Positions 55,147 through 64,000 of a DNA stretch of 64,000 nucleotides are shown in pieces (within the stretch, counting starts at the first letter, position 1; each line of letters begins with the position of its first letter). The stretch covers positions 1,229,144 to 1,293,143 of the forward strand of contig CAVUGM010000006.1 in NCBI GenBank assembly GCA_963741085.1. Reading direction: 5' to 3'. The notes under the pieces are model-generated. The model saw only the letters and a program-made list of their open reading frames with translations. It made no database searches and was not told the origin of the DNA. The stretch comes from an uncultured Chloroflexia bacterium (lineage in GTDB: Bacteria; Chloroflexota; Limnocylindria; Limnocylindrales; CSP1-4). The position numbers and the translations under genes were made by a program.

Positions 55147-56276
55147 ATGAGCAGCCATCTCCCCTCCCCCGCCGCTGGGCGGTCCGGCCGTCGCGCCGCG
55201 CTTCGCCGGCTCGGCGCCCTGCAGCGCGGTCGTCCTGGCGATCGCCGCCTGCGGGGGCGGCGCGGTCCTCTCCACCATCGGGGGGTCGGTCGCCGACGGG
55301 ACCCGGGTGGCCCAGCCCCTCCCGGCCGCCACTGCCGGGCCGGCGCTGCCCGGCGACGCGGTCATCGGCTCGGGCGAGGCCCCGGCCTCGGCTCCCGGCG
55401 GCTCGAACGTGGTGACGGGGCCCCTCATCGTCCGCACCGGCCAGCTGGCGCTCCAGGTCACGGCCCTCGACGACGCCCTCGCGGCGGCCGGGAAGGTCGT
55501 CACGGCGGCCGGTGGCTACGTCGCCTCGTCGCAGCGCCAGGGCGACGGCGACACGGCGGGAGCGACCGTGACGTTCCGCATTCCCGCCGAGCGGTGGGAC
55601 GCCACGCTCGCGGCCCTCCGCGCGGTCGGCACGAAGGTCCTCTCGGAGCAGACCGCGAGCGAGGAGGTCACGAGCCAGGTGGTGGACCTCGGCGCGCGCC
55701 TCGTCAACCTGGGGGCGACCGAGACGGCCCTGCAGGCGATCATGGCGAAAGCCACGAGGATCCCCGACATCCTCGAAGTGCAGTCCCAGCTCACCACCGT
55801 GCGCCAGGAGATCGAGCAGCTCACGGCCCAGAAGCAGTCGCTCGAGAAGCAGGCCGCCCTCGGCACCCTGACGGTCGCCTTCAGCCTGCCGCCCGTCGTC
55901 GCGGTGACCGAGGGTCCAGAACGGCTGGGATCCCGCGGCCGAGGTCGACCGGGCCGCTGCGACGCTCGTCGGACTTGGGCAGGGTGTGGCGAGCGTGGCG
56001 ATCTGGGCCTCGATCGTCCTGCTCCCGCTGGCGATCGTCCTCGCCGTCGTGCTCGGGGTCGCCTGGACCGTGGGACGCCGGATCCGGCCCCGCCGAACTC
56101 CGTCGGCGCCGTCCGCGCCATCGGCCCCGACCGGCAGCTCGACGGCGCCGCGGGCTGACCCGCTCGCCAGCTCGAGAGCCTCGGCCGGCGCGAACGCCCC
56201 GAGTCGCCCTACAGCTCCTGGCGGTCGAACGCCCACCAGGCGACGCCCACCGCGCCGATCACGAGGACGACGTTGA
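55147..56276 (+). CDS. DUF4349-like lipoprotein with C-terminal TM segment (at least 2 frame switches; 3' end uncertain)
   Basis: ATG 55147 starts the ORF. The lipoprotein signal ...AVVLAIAACGGG appears after a shift near 55215. The body is LALQVTALDDALAAAGKVVTAAGGYV...EEVTSQVVDLGARLVNLGATETALQAIM (ORF 55307..56158). The TM tail ASVAIWASIVLLPLAIVLAVVLGVAW is in ORF 55986..56276. Confidence 0.65.
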
Positions 56277-56973
56277 CCGACCACCGGACCCGCCAGCGGG
56301 TCCGGCATCGTTCCGACGGCGAGCGCCTGGGCCGCGCCCCACAGGCTTGTCGGCATGTAGGGTCCGATCCCCGGCAGCGCCGAGAGGATCCCGACGAACA
56401 GGAAGATCCCGAAGCCGACGCCTCCCGCGACGAGCGCCGAGCGAGCCGTAACGGAGGCCAGGAAGGTCAGCGCGGCGAAGACCACCAGGGAGAGCCAGAT
56501 CAGGACGACGGCCGCCGCGAAGCCGCCCGCGGGGAGCGGCTCGAAGAGGATCGCGGTGTAGATCCAGCACAGGGCGCCGCCCACGCCGAGCGCGACGGCC
56601 AGCAGGACGCCGATTGCGGCCACCTTGGCGAGCACGAACGCGCCACGCGTGACCGGCTTGGTGAGGACGAACGCCGCCGTGCCGCGCTCCTTCTCGGTGG
56701 CCACGGCGCCCATCGTGACCAGGATCGCGATGAGGACCCCGAACTGGCCCATGTTCTTCGTGAACTGGGCCACCGCGTCGGCCGCGACCGGCTGCCGGGA
56801 TGACGCCCCCGAACTGGCCGCCGCCGACCGCCTCGACGATCTCGCGCACGTAGCGCGCGAAGACCGGCGACAGGAGGCCGAAGATCGCGAAGACCGCGAC
56901 GACGACGACGAAGTCGCATCGTGCGGAGCTGTTCCCGCAGCTCCTTCCGCAGCATGAGGCCGACGCCCGTCAT
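56209..56973 (-). CDS. ABC-2 type transporter permease (at least 3 frame switches)
   Basis: MTGVGLMLRKELREQLRTMRL is in ORF 56500..57294. A further piece is in ORF 56259..56849. FTKNMGQFGVLIAILVTMGAVATEKERGTAAFVLTKPVTRGAFVLAK... is in ORF 54887..58063. The tail VNVVLVIGAVGVAWWAFDRQEL-stop ends at 56209. Confidence 0.75.
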
Positions 56974-58063
56974 GCCGGCGGCCTCGCCGCGGACCACGCA
57001 TTCGACTCCTCCTGCGCGACCGCGCCCGGCCCGTCGCCCACGAGCTGGAGGAAGACGTCCTCGAGCGTCGGCCGGACGCGCTCGAAGCGGGCCAGCCGGA
57101 CCCCAGCAGCGACCACGAGCGGCAGCGCCTCGGCCGACGCCTGCTCCGTGTCGGAGACGACGACCCGGAGGACGCCGTGCCCGCTCGACGACTTCGCGGG
57201 CCCACGGCGGCGTCCGCGGATCCGGGCCGCGAGGCGGGCCACCGCGGCTCATCCTGGCCAGGCTCCGGGTCGAGCTCGAGGATCGGCCGCGCATGGCGCG
57301 CGAGGAGCTGGTCCATGGGCGCCTCGGTCACGAGTCGGCCGTGGTCGAGGATCGCGACCCGGTCGCAGATCCGCTCGACGTCCGTGAGGATGTGCGTGCT
57401 CATGAAGACGGTCGTGACGCTCCGCAGCTGCCCGATCAGCTCCAGCACGTCGCGCCGGCCCTCCGGGTCGAGAGCGCTCACGGGCTCGTCGAGGAAGAGG
57501 ACGTCGGGGCGCGGCAGCATCGCCTGGCCCACGCCCAGGCGCTGTCGCATGCCGCCGGAGTAGCCGCCGATGCGGCGGCGCGCGGCCTCGACAAGGCCCA
57601 CCGTCTGCAGGACCTCGTCGACCCGCGAGCGGAGCGCCTGCCCGGCGAGCCCGTAGGCGCGGCCCACGAACGTCAGCAGCTCGCGCCCGGTCATCCAGCC
57701 GTAGAACCGCGGATCCTGGTCGAGGTAGCCGATCCTTCCGGCCAGGTCGATGCCGCCACGACCGACAGGAATGCCCGCGACGGTCGCTGACCCTGCCGTC
57801 GGACGACCGAGGCCCGTCAGGAGGCGGAGGGTCGTCGTCTTGCCGGCCCCGTTCGGCCCCAGGAAGCCGAAGACCGAGCCCGCCGGCACGGCCAGGTCGA
57901 GCGAGTCGAGGGCGAGCACGTCGCCGTAGCGCTTCGTGAGCCTGCGTGCTTCGATCGCCGGAGCCCCGGCGGGCGGCGCGACATGGGCCTCGGGCGCCGC
58001 TCCCGGGTCGCCCGCGGCGCGGTCGCTCGCGGGCGGGCCGGGGACCTCGTGCAGGTTCATCAC
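56970..58063 (-). CDS. ABC transporter ATP-binding protein (frameshifted C-terminal domain)
   Basis: The N-terminal 270 aa of ORF 54887..58063 carry GPNGAGKTTTLRLL, YSGGMRQRLGVGQAML and LFLDEPVSALD. The C-terminal part VRLARFERVRPTLEDVFLQLV is in ORF 56970..57242. The stop overlaps the permease ATG. Confidence 0.85.
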
Positions 58064-58064
58064 G

Positions 58065-58268
58065 TCACGCGTCCTCGCGGCCCGCGAGGAAGTACAGGAT
58101 CGGGCCGATCAGGTTCACGAAGATGATGATCAGGGCCCAGACGACCTTGCTGCCGCCCTTGACCCGTCGCTCGCTGCGGGTCAGATCGTAGAGACCCCAG
58201 ATCATCAGCACGAGCTGGATCACGACGATGGGCACGAGCAGGGCAATGAGGGTCGGATCGATGCTCAC
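58065..58268 (-). CDS. small two-TM membrane protein, PLD-nuclease N-terminal (PLDc_N) domain type
   Basis: Intact 67-aa ORF: MSIDPTLIALLVPIVVIQLVLMIWGLYDL...KVVWALIIIFVNLIGPILYFLAGR. It overlaps or abuts both neighbours. Confidence 0.7.
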   Translation of the reverse strand: MSIDPTLIALLVPIVVIQLVLMIWGLYDLTRSERRVKGGSKVVWALIIIFVNLIGPILYFLAGREDA

Positions 58269-58879
58269 GAAACAACCTCCGGGGCGGGCGCCGGCGAGTC
58301 GCTCCGCGCGGAGGGCTCGGCCGGGATGAGGATGGTGGCCAGCAGTCGGGGCGCCCGCCCCGGAGCCGCGGGCTGGGCAAGGAACGGGACGAGGGCGCCG
58401 TTGATGGCCATGCCCATCTGCACGAGCTCGGCATCGCTGAGGTGGATGACGACCTCTCGGTAGCCGACGCCGTCGCGGGCGAGGTCCGGCTGGCCCCTGC
58501 GGACATACCTGCCGAAGGCCCCGAGGAGGGACGCCAGGAACATCGCGAACCAGCGCAGGTGGTCTTCGGGTGTGGCCGCCGCAAGGTCGGCAGGGCCGAG
58601 GTTCGCCGCGCCTGGATGGAGGACGAACCGGCGTTCCGTGGTACCCCGCACGCGGCGCTCCTCGGCGACCGCCAGGATCCCGCCCCGGCGGAGCACGTCG
58701 AGGTGCCGGTAGAGGGTGGCTGGGGCGATCCCGGGAAGCCGGCTCGCGAGCTCCGTCGTGGTGGCCGACCCGCCCCCGGCGAGGGCGAGGATGATCCGCA
58801 TGCGGACCGGGTGGAGGATCAGATCGGGGCCAGTCGTCGCCTGGCTCGGGCCCGTAACCGGTGCGTCATTATCATTCAC
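58265..58879 (-). CDS. ArsR-like winged helix-turn-helix transcriptional regulator
   Basis: Intact 204-aa ORF with GTG start. HPVRMRIILALAGGGSATTTELASRLPGIAPATLYRHLDVLRRGGIL is a wHTH. It is the first gene of the ABC-2 operon. Confidence 0.75.
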   Translation of the reverse strand: MNDNDAPVTGPSQATTGPDLILHPVRMRIILALAGGGSATTTELASRLPGIAPATLYRHLDVLRRGGILAVAEERRVRGTTERRFVLHPGAANLGPADLAAATPEDHLRWFAMFLASLLGAFGRYVRRGQPDLARDGVGYREVVIHLSDAELVQMGMAINGALVPFLAQPAAPGRAPRLLATILIPAEPSARSDSPAPAPEVVS

Positions 58880-58890
58880 GATACTGATAA
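58869..58890. promoter_or_regulatory. inverted repeat TTATCA-N10-TGATAA spanning the start codon of the ArsR-like gene (candidate operator)
   Basis: Read directly. It lies in an AT-rich 30-nt patch, in the 34-nt gap between the stop of the upstream gene (58914) and GTG 58879. Confidence 0.4.
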
Positions 58891-58913
58891 TCTAGCCTGC
58901 CCCATCCGCGTCG

Positions 58914-60047
58914 TCAAGCCGTCCAGGCCAGCGAACCGGCGGCCAGGATCCTGTCGGCGTCGAGCGACTCGGCGACGATCGACTTGATCATCTCGATCTT
59001 GCCCATGTCCGCCGCGTGGGTCTTGACCAGGAGGTCGTGGACGTCGGAGGCCACCATGTAGGTGTCCTCGTCGAGGAAGCAGGCGAACAGGTCCGCCCGC
59101 CGGATCTCGTCGACGACCGCCGGCCGCGGGCGGTAGCCCGGAGAGGACGAAGCCGACCGTCGCCGGTTCGATCTCGCCGCGCATCACCGCCGGCCGCCGC
59201 ATCTCGGCCCGATGGGCCCGCGCGAGCGCCACGATGACGTCCTCGCGGTCGCCGGCGACGATCACGATGCGGCGGCCGACGACGTGCTGCAGGACGTGGT
59301 GGGGCTCCATCGCGGCCACGCTGATGCCGCCGATGACGAGGTCGAGGTCCGGCCCGGCGTTGAGCGAGGTCGGCCCGGGTCCCCTCGAGGATCATCGCCA
59401 GGGACGGGTTCGACAGGATTGGCCGGTACGGGATGACGCCGAGGAGGGGTATCCCGTGGCGCGCCAGCCCGCGCTCCAGGATCGCGGCGATCCCCGGCTG
59501 GGCGTCCACGTTGACCTTGTTGACGATGGCGCCGGCGACCTGGACGCCGTGGGCCGCGAAGTGGCTCGCGTTGAGGACGATCTCGTCGATCGGCCGGCCG
59601 ACGCCGCCTTCGCTGATGATCACGGCCGGAGCGTGGAGCATTGCGGCCACGACAGCGTTCGAGAGCCCGATCACGGCGCCGACGCCGGCGTGCCCGGTCC
59701 CTTCGATGAGCAGCACGTCCTTCGATTTGCCGAAGGTCGCGTGGGCGTCCACGATCCGGGCGCCCGAGGTCCTCGACCACTTCGCCGGCGATGTACGACT
59801 TCGTGAACCCGCGCGGGATGTGGACCGGGCTCATCGCCGCCATCGGCTCGCGGAGGTCGAATACCGCTCGCATCAGGACGGCGTCCTCGTCAGCCGGCAC
59901 GCCGTCGTCGTCGACGATCGTGCGCTGCCCGACCGGCTTCATGAAGCCCGTGCGCAGCCCTTCGCCGAGGAAGAGGTCGAGGAGACCCAGCGAGGCCGTC
60001 GTCTTGCCGCGGTTCTGGCCGGTCGCGGCGAGGTAGAGGTGGCGCAT
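58914..60047 (-). CDS. BioD/CobQ-like P-loop plus DRTGG domain protein (stand-alone homologue of the phosphotransacetylase N-terminal region; at least 3 frame switches)
   Basis: MRHLYLAATGQNRGKTTASLGLL...GFMKPVGQ is in ORF 59262..60047. LLIEGTGHAGVGAVIGLSNA...GAIVNKV is in ORF 58988..59752. IVIVAGDREDVIVALA is in ORF 58876..59319. The tail ...MIKSIVAESLDADRILAAGSLAWTA ends with the stop at 58914. Confidence 0.75.
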
Positions 60048-60112
60048 GCGGCGGCTCGGTCGGTCGGAGTCGGGGCGGCGGCGGTCGACTGAGGGCGGGC
60101 TCTCGGGGGGAC

Positions 60113-60717
60113 TCAGCGCGACGCGGTCTTGCGCTCGACGAGGGCGACCGCCTCGTGGAGCCGGGCCGATCGTGTCGGCGTCGACGCTGTCGGGCTCGAG
60201 GTACGGGCCCGAGGCGCTCGAGGACGTCGCCGACGAGGCCCAGGAAGACGCCCGCGTCGGCGACGAAGAACTGCGGCTCGTTGTTGTAGCGCACGAGCGT
60301 CAGTCGACCCTGCAGGACGCGCCGGTCGTCCATGTGCGCGATCTGGGTGGCGAAGCTGTGCCCCTGGATCCCGTCCGGGTTGTTGAGGAAGTTGAGGGCG
60401 TTGTCGATCGCCAGGCCGAAGCGGGCCCGCCAGGCCGTCAGGCGCTCGTGCACCTCGGGTGCGATGCGCACCTCGCCGACCTCGTCGAACACCTCGGGCG
60501 CCACCGTCAGCAGCCCCACCAGCGTCGATCCGGCGCGGGCACCGAGCATGACCTGCAGCGACCGCTCGAGGGTGAAGACCTCGGAATCGAAGCGTGGGCT
60601 GGTGATGACGTCCGTCAGCAGGTCCTCGACGTTGTCGAGCACCGCGGAGTCGGCCATCGCCCCGCCGAGGTGGAGGATCTCCTCCTTGAACAGGAACTTC
60701 TCTTCGTGGTCGAGCAT
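60113..60717 (-). CDS. hypothetical protein (approx 200 aa, no family recognised; C-terminal 30 codons probably frameshifted)
   Basis: The N-terminal 170 aa of ORF 59890..60732 have coding-like GC3-rich codons (MLDHEEKFLFKEEILHLGGAMADSAVLDNVEDLL...). A plausible tail ...RLHEAVALVERKTASR-stop at 60113 lies in another frame. Confidence 0.5.
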
Positions 60718-60808
60718 GGCCCGATGGTACACCGCGGGAATCCGCGGGCCCCGGCCGGTCGACCGGGGCCCGCGGACGGTGCAGCCGGCGGCGCTGAGCC
60801 GCGTCGAT

Positions 60809-62078
60809 CTACGGGTAGAGGCCGCGGAGGGCGGTGGTATCGGCGACGCGCTTGACGGCGACGAGGTACGCCGCCGTCCGCATGTCGCACTCCTCGAGCT
60901 CGGCCATCGCGAGGACCTCGCCGAAGGAGCGGTCCATGATCTCCTTGAGCTTGGCGTTGACGACGGCCTCGCTCCAGTGATCGCGGTTGAGGTCCTGGAC
61001 CCACTCGAAGTAGCTGACCGTGACGCCGCCCGCGTTCGCGAGGATGTCCGGGATCATGAAGACGCCCTTCGAGGCCAGGATCACGTCGGCCTCGGGGGTC
61101 GTCGGGCCGTTGGCGGCCTCGGCGACGATCTTCGCCTTGACGTTGCGGGCGTTGACCGCCGTGATCTGGTTCTCGTAAGCGGCCGGGATCAGGACGTCGC
61201 AGTCGAGCTCGAGGAGCTCGTCCGTTCGTGATCGTGGTGCTGCCCGGGAACCCGACGACCGTGCCGTGCTCCTGCTTCCAGCCCACGACCTTCGGGATGT
61301 CGAGGCCTTCCTGCTTCCAGATTGCGCCGCCCGTGTCGGAGACGGCGATGACGGTGGAGCCCTCGTCGCGACATGAGCTGTGCGGCGATGGCGCCGGCAT
61401 TGCCGAAGCCCTGCACCGCAACGGTGGCCTTCGTGAGGTCCATGCCCGAGGTGCTCGGCGGCGTCGACGATCGTGAAGACGCAGCCGCGGGCCGTTGCCT
61501 CGTTGCGCCCTTCCGATCCGCCGAGGCTGATCGGCTTGCCGGTCACGACGCCCGGGACCGTGTAGCCGACGTGCATGGAATAGGTGTCCATGAACCAGGC
61601 CATGATCTGGGGCGTGGTGTTGACGTCAGGGGCCGGGATGTCGCGCTCGGGCCCGATCAGGATCGAGATCTCGGTGAAGTACCGGCGGCTGAGCCCCTCG
61701 AGCTCCTTCTTCGACAGCTTCTTGGGGTCGACGATCACGCCGCCCTTGCCACCGCCGTAGGGGATGCCGACGACTGCGCACTTCCAGGTCATCCACATCG
61801 CGAGGGCCTTGACCTCGTCGATGCTGACGTCCTGGTGGTAGCGGATGCCGCCCTTGGCGGGACCGCGACCGAGGTTGTGCTGGACGCGGTAGCCGGTGAA
61901 TACCTGGACGGATCCCGTCGTCCATGTGGACCGGGAAGTGGACCGTGAGGGCGCGGCGCGGCTCGCGGAGCACGGCGCGGAGGCCCGGGTCCAGGTTGAG
62001 GCGCTCGGCCGCGAGGTCGAACTGGCGCTGCGCGACCTCCCAGGCATTGATCGCGGGCGCGGCCTGCTCGGTGGTCAT
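60809..62078 (-). CDS. gdh: glutamate dehydrogenase (Glu/Leu/Phe/Val dehydrogenase family; at least 4 frame switches)
   Basis: The N-terminus is in ORF 61626..62078. [42 protein letters not shown] is in ORF 60809..62047. The Rossmann motif [14 protein letters not shown] is in ORF 61189..61443. A further piece is in ORF 60615..61421. The C-terminus returns to ORF 60809..62047. Confidence 0.9.
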
Positions 62079-62425
62079 GGAGTGGGGTTCCTCCTGCCCG
62101 GCGCCCCGCCACGGGGCTGCCGTCTATCGTCCGCCCCTGTGGGCGACCATGGTGCCGCCTCCGGGACGGCGGCCGGCCGCGGCGCGCGACCCGCGTCTGT
62201 CGGGCCGTCGCGGCGCGACGGAGTTCACACCGGGCCGATCATCCGGCCGATCACTCCCCGCCGCATAGGGCCGAACGGGGACGCTTCCCCCGGGCGGATC
62301 GGCCCGCAGGACAGGCGCAATGGTACCGTCACGCTGCCGTATCCGTCCCGCAACCGTCATCCGGGCGCCGGTGGCCGGGGCTGGGCGGTGGGAGGTCGCT
62401 GGTGCGCCGCGCGACCCGGACCGGC

Positions 62426-63277
62426 TCAGCGCGCCAGGAGGACGACGCCCCCAAGGCAGGCCGGGCCGATGTGGGGCCCGACCGAGGGCCCGACCATGGC
62501 GGTCGAGATGTGGGCCGGGTCGACGTCGCCGGGGAGAGCGGCCAGCAGGTCGTCCCGAAAGCCGGCGACGTCCGCGCTCGGCGTGTGGAGGATCGCGATC
62601 CATTCGACCGGGCGGGCAATGAGGAGCTCGATCACGCGCCCGCGCGCCCGCGCCCGAGTGCGCACGCGATCTGCCGTGTCCACGAGGCCGTTGCTCACGG
62701 TGACGATCGGCTTGATCGACAGGACCGTTGCGATCGCCGCGCGCGCAGGCGAGATGCGACCCCCCTTGCGCAGGTATTCGATGGTGTCGAGGGCCACGTA
62801 GAGATCCAGGTCCAGCGCGCGTTCCCGCAGGTCTGCCGCGATCGCGGCGGCCGGGACGCCCGCTCCCGCCATCTCGGCGCCGCGCAGGGCCAGGATGCCG
62901 ACTCCCATCGACGCGGAGTCCGAGTCGACGACGTGGATCTCTGCCCCCGGCAGTCCCTGGGCGCCGAGCAGCGCGCTGCGGACCGTGGCCGAGAGCTTGC
63001 CGCCCACGGTGACGCAGACGATCGCCCCGGCCCCTGCGGCGAGCTCCGCCTCGAAGGCGGCCTGGAAGTCACCCGGCGACGCCGCGGCCGTGGTCGGGAA
63101 GGGTGCATCGGGGGCGACCATCCGGGTCCAGAAGTCATCGGTCGAGAGCTCGATGCCGGAGCGAAACTCCTCGTCCCCGAACCGGACGTAGAGCGGCACC
63201 ACGCGGACGCCGTGAGCCGCCGCGACATCGGCAGTCAGGTCCGACGCCGAATCGGTGACGATCGCGACGCGCCCCAT
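62426..63277 (-). CDS. DegV family fatty-acid-binding protein
   Basis: Intact 283-aa ORF: VAIVTDSASDL...FPTTAAASPGDF...LSATVRSA...YLRKGGRIS. Confidence 0.9.
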   Translation of the reverse strand: MGRVAIVTDSASDLTADVAAAHGVRVVPLYVRFGDEEFRSGIELSTDDFWTRMVAPDAPFPTTAAASPGDFQAAFEAELAAGAGAIVCVTVGGKLSATVRSALLGAQGLPGAEIHVVDSDSASMGVGILALRGAEMAGAGVPAAAIAADLRERALDLDLYVALDTIEYLRKGGRISPARAAIATVLSIKPIVTVSNGLVDTADRVRTRARARGRVIELLIARPVEWIAILHTPSADVAGFRDDLLAALPGDVDPAHISTAMVGPSVGPHIGPACLGGVVLLAR

Positions 63278-63348
63278 GACGTCTCCTCCGGTCTCGTGCG
63301 GACCGATGATACGAGAGCAGCGCCCCGGCCCGGCCGGCGCAGCGGCGG

Positions 63349-64000
63349 TCAGGACCCCGCGTGCGCGACGCCCACGGCCAGCGGCAGGCCGGCCGCGCGG
63401 ACGTCCTCCGCGAACGAGGCCAGGCCGCCCTCAGACGTGTCCCAGCGGGACGGGAACGCGACGAGCCGGTCGAGGCCCATCTCCGCGAACGAGGCCAGGC
63501 GGTCCACCCGTTCGGCGCCCACCGGGCGAACGTCGCCGTCGCGGCAGTAGAGCGAGATCCGCAGGGTGGAGGGATCGCGCCCCTCCTCTTCGCAGCGCTG
63601 GCGGGCGATCGCCATGTGCTCGGCGACCTCGTCGGGGTCGAGGAAGACGAGATTCAGCTCGTCGGCCATCCGGGCCGCCAGCCGGAACGTCACGTTCTGG
63701 CCGTTGCCGCCCACGATGATCGGCACGCGCGGGTGCTGGATCCCCTTCGGGACGTTGATCGCGCCGTCCACGCGGGCATAGCGACCCTCGTAGCTGGCCC
63801 GCCCCGGGCCGAGCATCCGGCGGATGATCTCCAGGTGGTCGGCCAGGGCGGCCAGCCGTTCACGCAGGGTCGGGAAGCCGTAGCCGTAGGCGATCCACTC
63901 GTCCTCCTTCCAGCCGGCCCCGATCCCGAGCTCGAAGCGCCCGTTCGAGATCACGTCGAGGGTCGATGACATCTTCGCCGTCAGGGCCGGGTTGCGGAAG
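63349..64000 (-). CDS. LLM class (luciferase-like) flavin/F420-dependent oxidoreductase (partial; N-terminus beyond the right edge)
   Basis: LDVISNGRFELGIGAGWKEDEWIAYGYGFP...RVPIIVGGNGQNVTFRLAARMADELNL. The frame stays open to position 64000. Confidence 0.8.
   Translation of the reverse strand, partial: FRNPALTAKMSSTLDVISNGRFELGIGAGWKEDEWIAYGYGFPTLRERLAALADHLEIIRRMLGPGRASYEGRYARVDGAINVPKGIQHPRVPIIVGGNGQNVTFRLAARMADELNLVFLDPDEVAEHMAIARQRCEEEGRDPSTLRISLYCRDGDVRPVGAERVDRLASFAEMGLDRLVAFPSRWDTSEGGLASFAEDVRAAGLPLAVGVAHAGS

Noticed and set aside
54887-58063. 1058-aa minus-strand ORF that would be the largest protein in the window
   Set aside because: Only the first approx 270 aa (ABC ATPase) and one internal block (ABC-2 permease) are meaningful. 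The rest is out-of-frame read-through caused by frameshifts, plus antisense sequence of the DUF4349 gene and the intergenic repeats.
62079-62425. Structured regulatory RNA in the 347-nt gap upstream of gdh
   Set aside because: I saw only a small local duplication (GATCGGCC twice) and no recognisable riboswitch or attenuator features. It is left unannotated.

Overview
Gene-dense, very GC-rich bacterial chromosomal window. It looks like a high-GC Terrabacteria lineage (Actinomycetota or Chloroflexota type), but I cannot place the taxon from sequence alone. Content is mostly housekeeping operons. On the minus strand a tRNA-Trp T-box leader precedes trpE-trpG-trpD-trpC-trpF-trpB. Then come etfB-etfA plus ETF:quinone oxidoreductase. 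Next is an accessory operon beside tRNA-Ser(UGA): a membrane protein, a PEP-utiliser swivel-domain protein, a GntR regulator and a split Tm-1-like pair (UPF0261 plus PEP-hydrolase-like TIM barrel). After that: a secreted glucosaminidase-domain protein, a MacB-type ABC ATPase/permease with an HlyD adaptor, an RDD protein, serS coupled to a class I lysS, and greA. A sugar operon follows (DeoR, GH4 glycosidase, ABC binding protein and two permeases, amidohydrolase fused in frame to DUF952). Then argR, uppP, a K+-independent H+-pyrophosphatase, lepB followed by two orphan antiporter-like membrane proteins, ndk, a TPR-like protein carrying a perfect 33-bp x7 tandem repeat, an M16 peptidase, a BMP-type ABC transporter, coaX-coaBC-panB-panC, a DUF4349 lipoprotein, an ArsR/PLDc_N/ABC-2 operon, a DRTGG protein, gdh, degV and an LLM-type oxidoreductase (partial). 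I recognised no rRNA, CRISPR array, transposase, integrase or phage gene. About twenty conserved genes are broken by multiple frameshifts while their neighbours are intact, so many coordinates below span several ORF-track fragments. The most interesting candidates are the split Tm-1-like / swivel-histidine operon, the 33-bp repeat that multiplies a stop-start junction, the degenerate NuoN-like module downstream of lepB, the unannotated T-box, and an apparently stop-free trpC-trpF-trpB reading frame.
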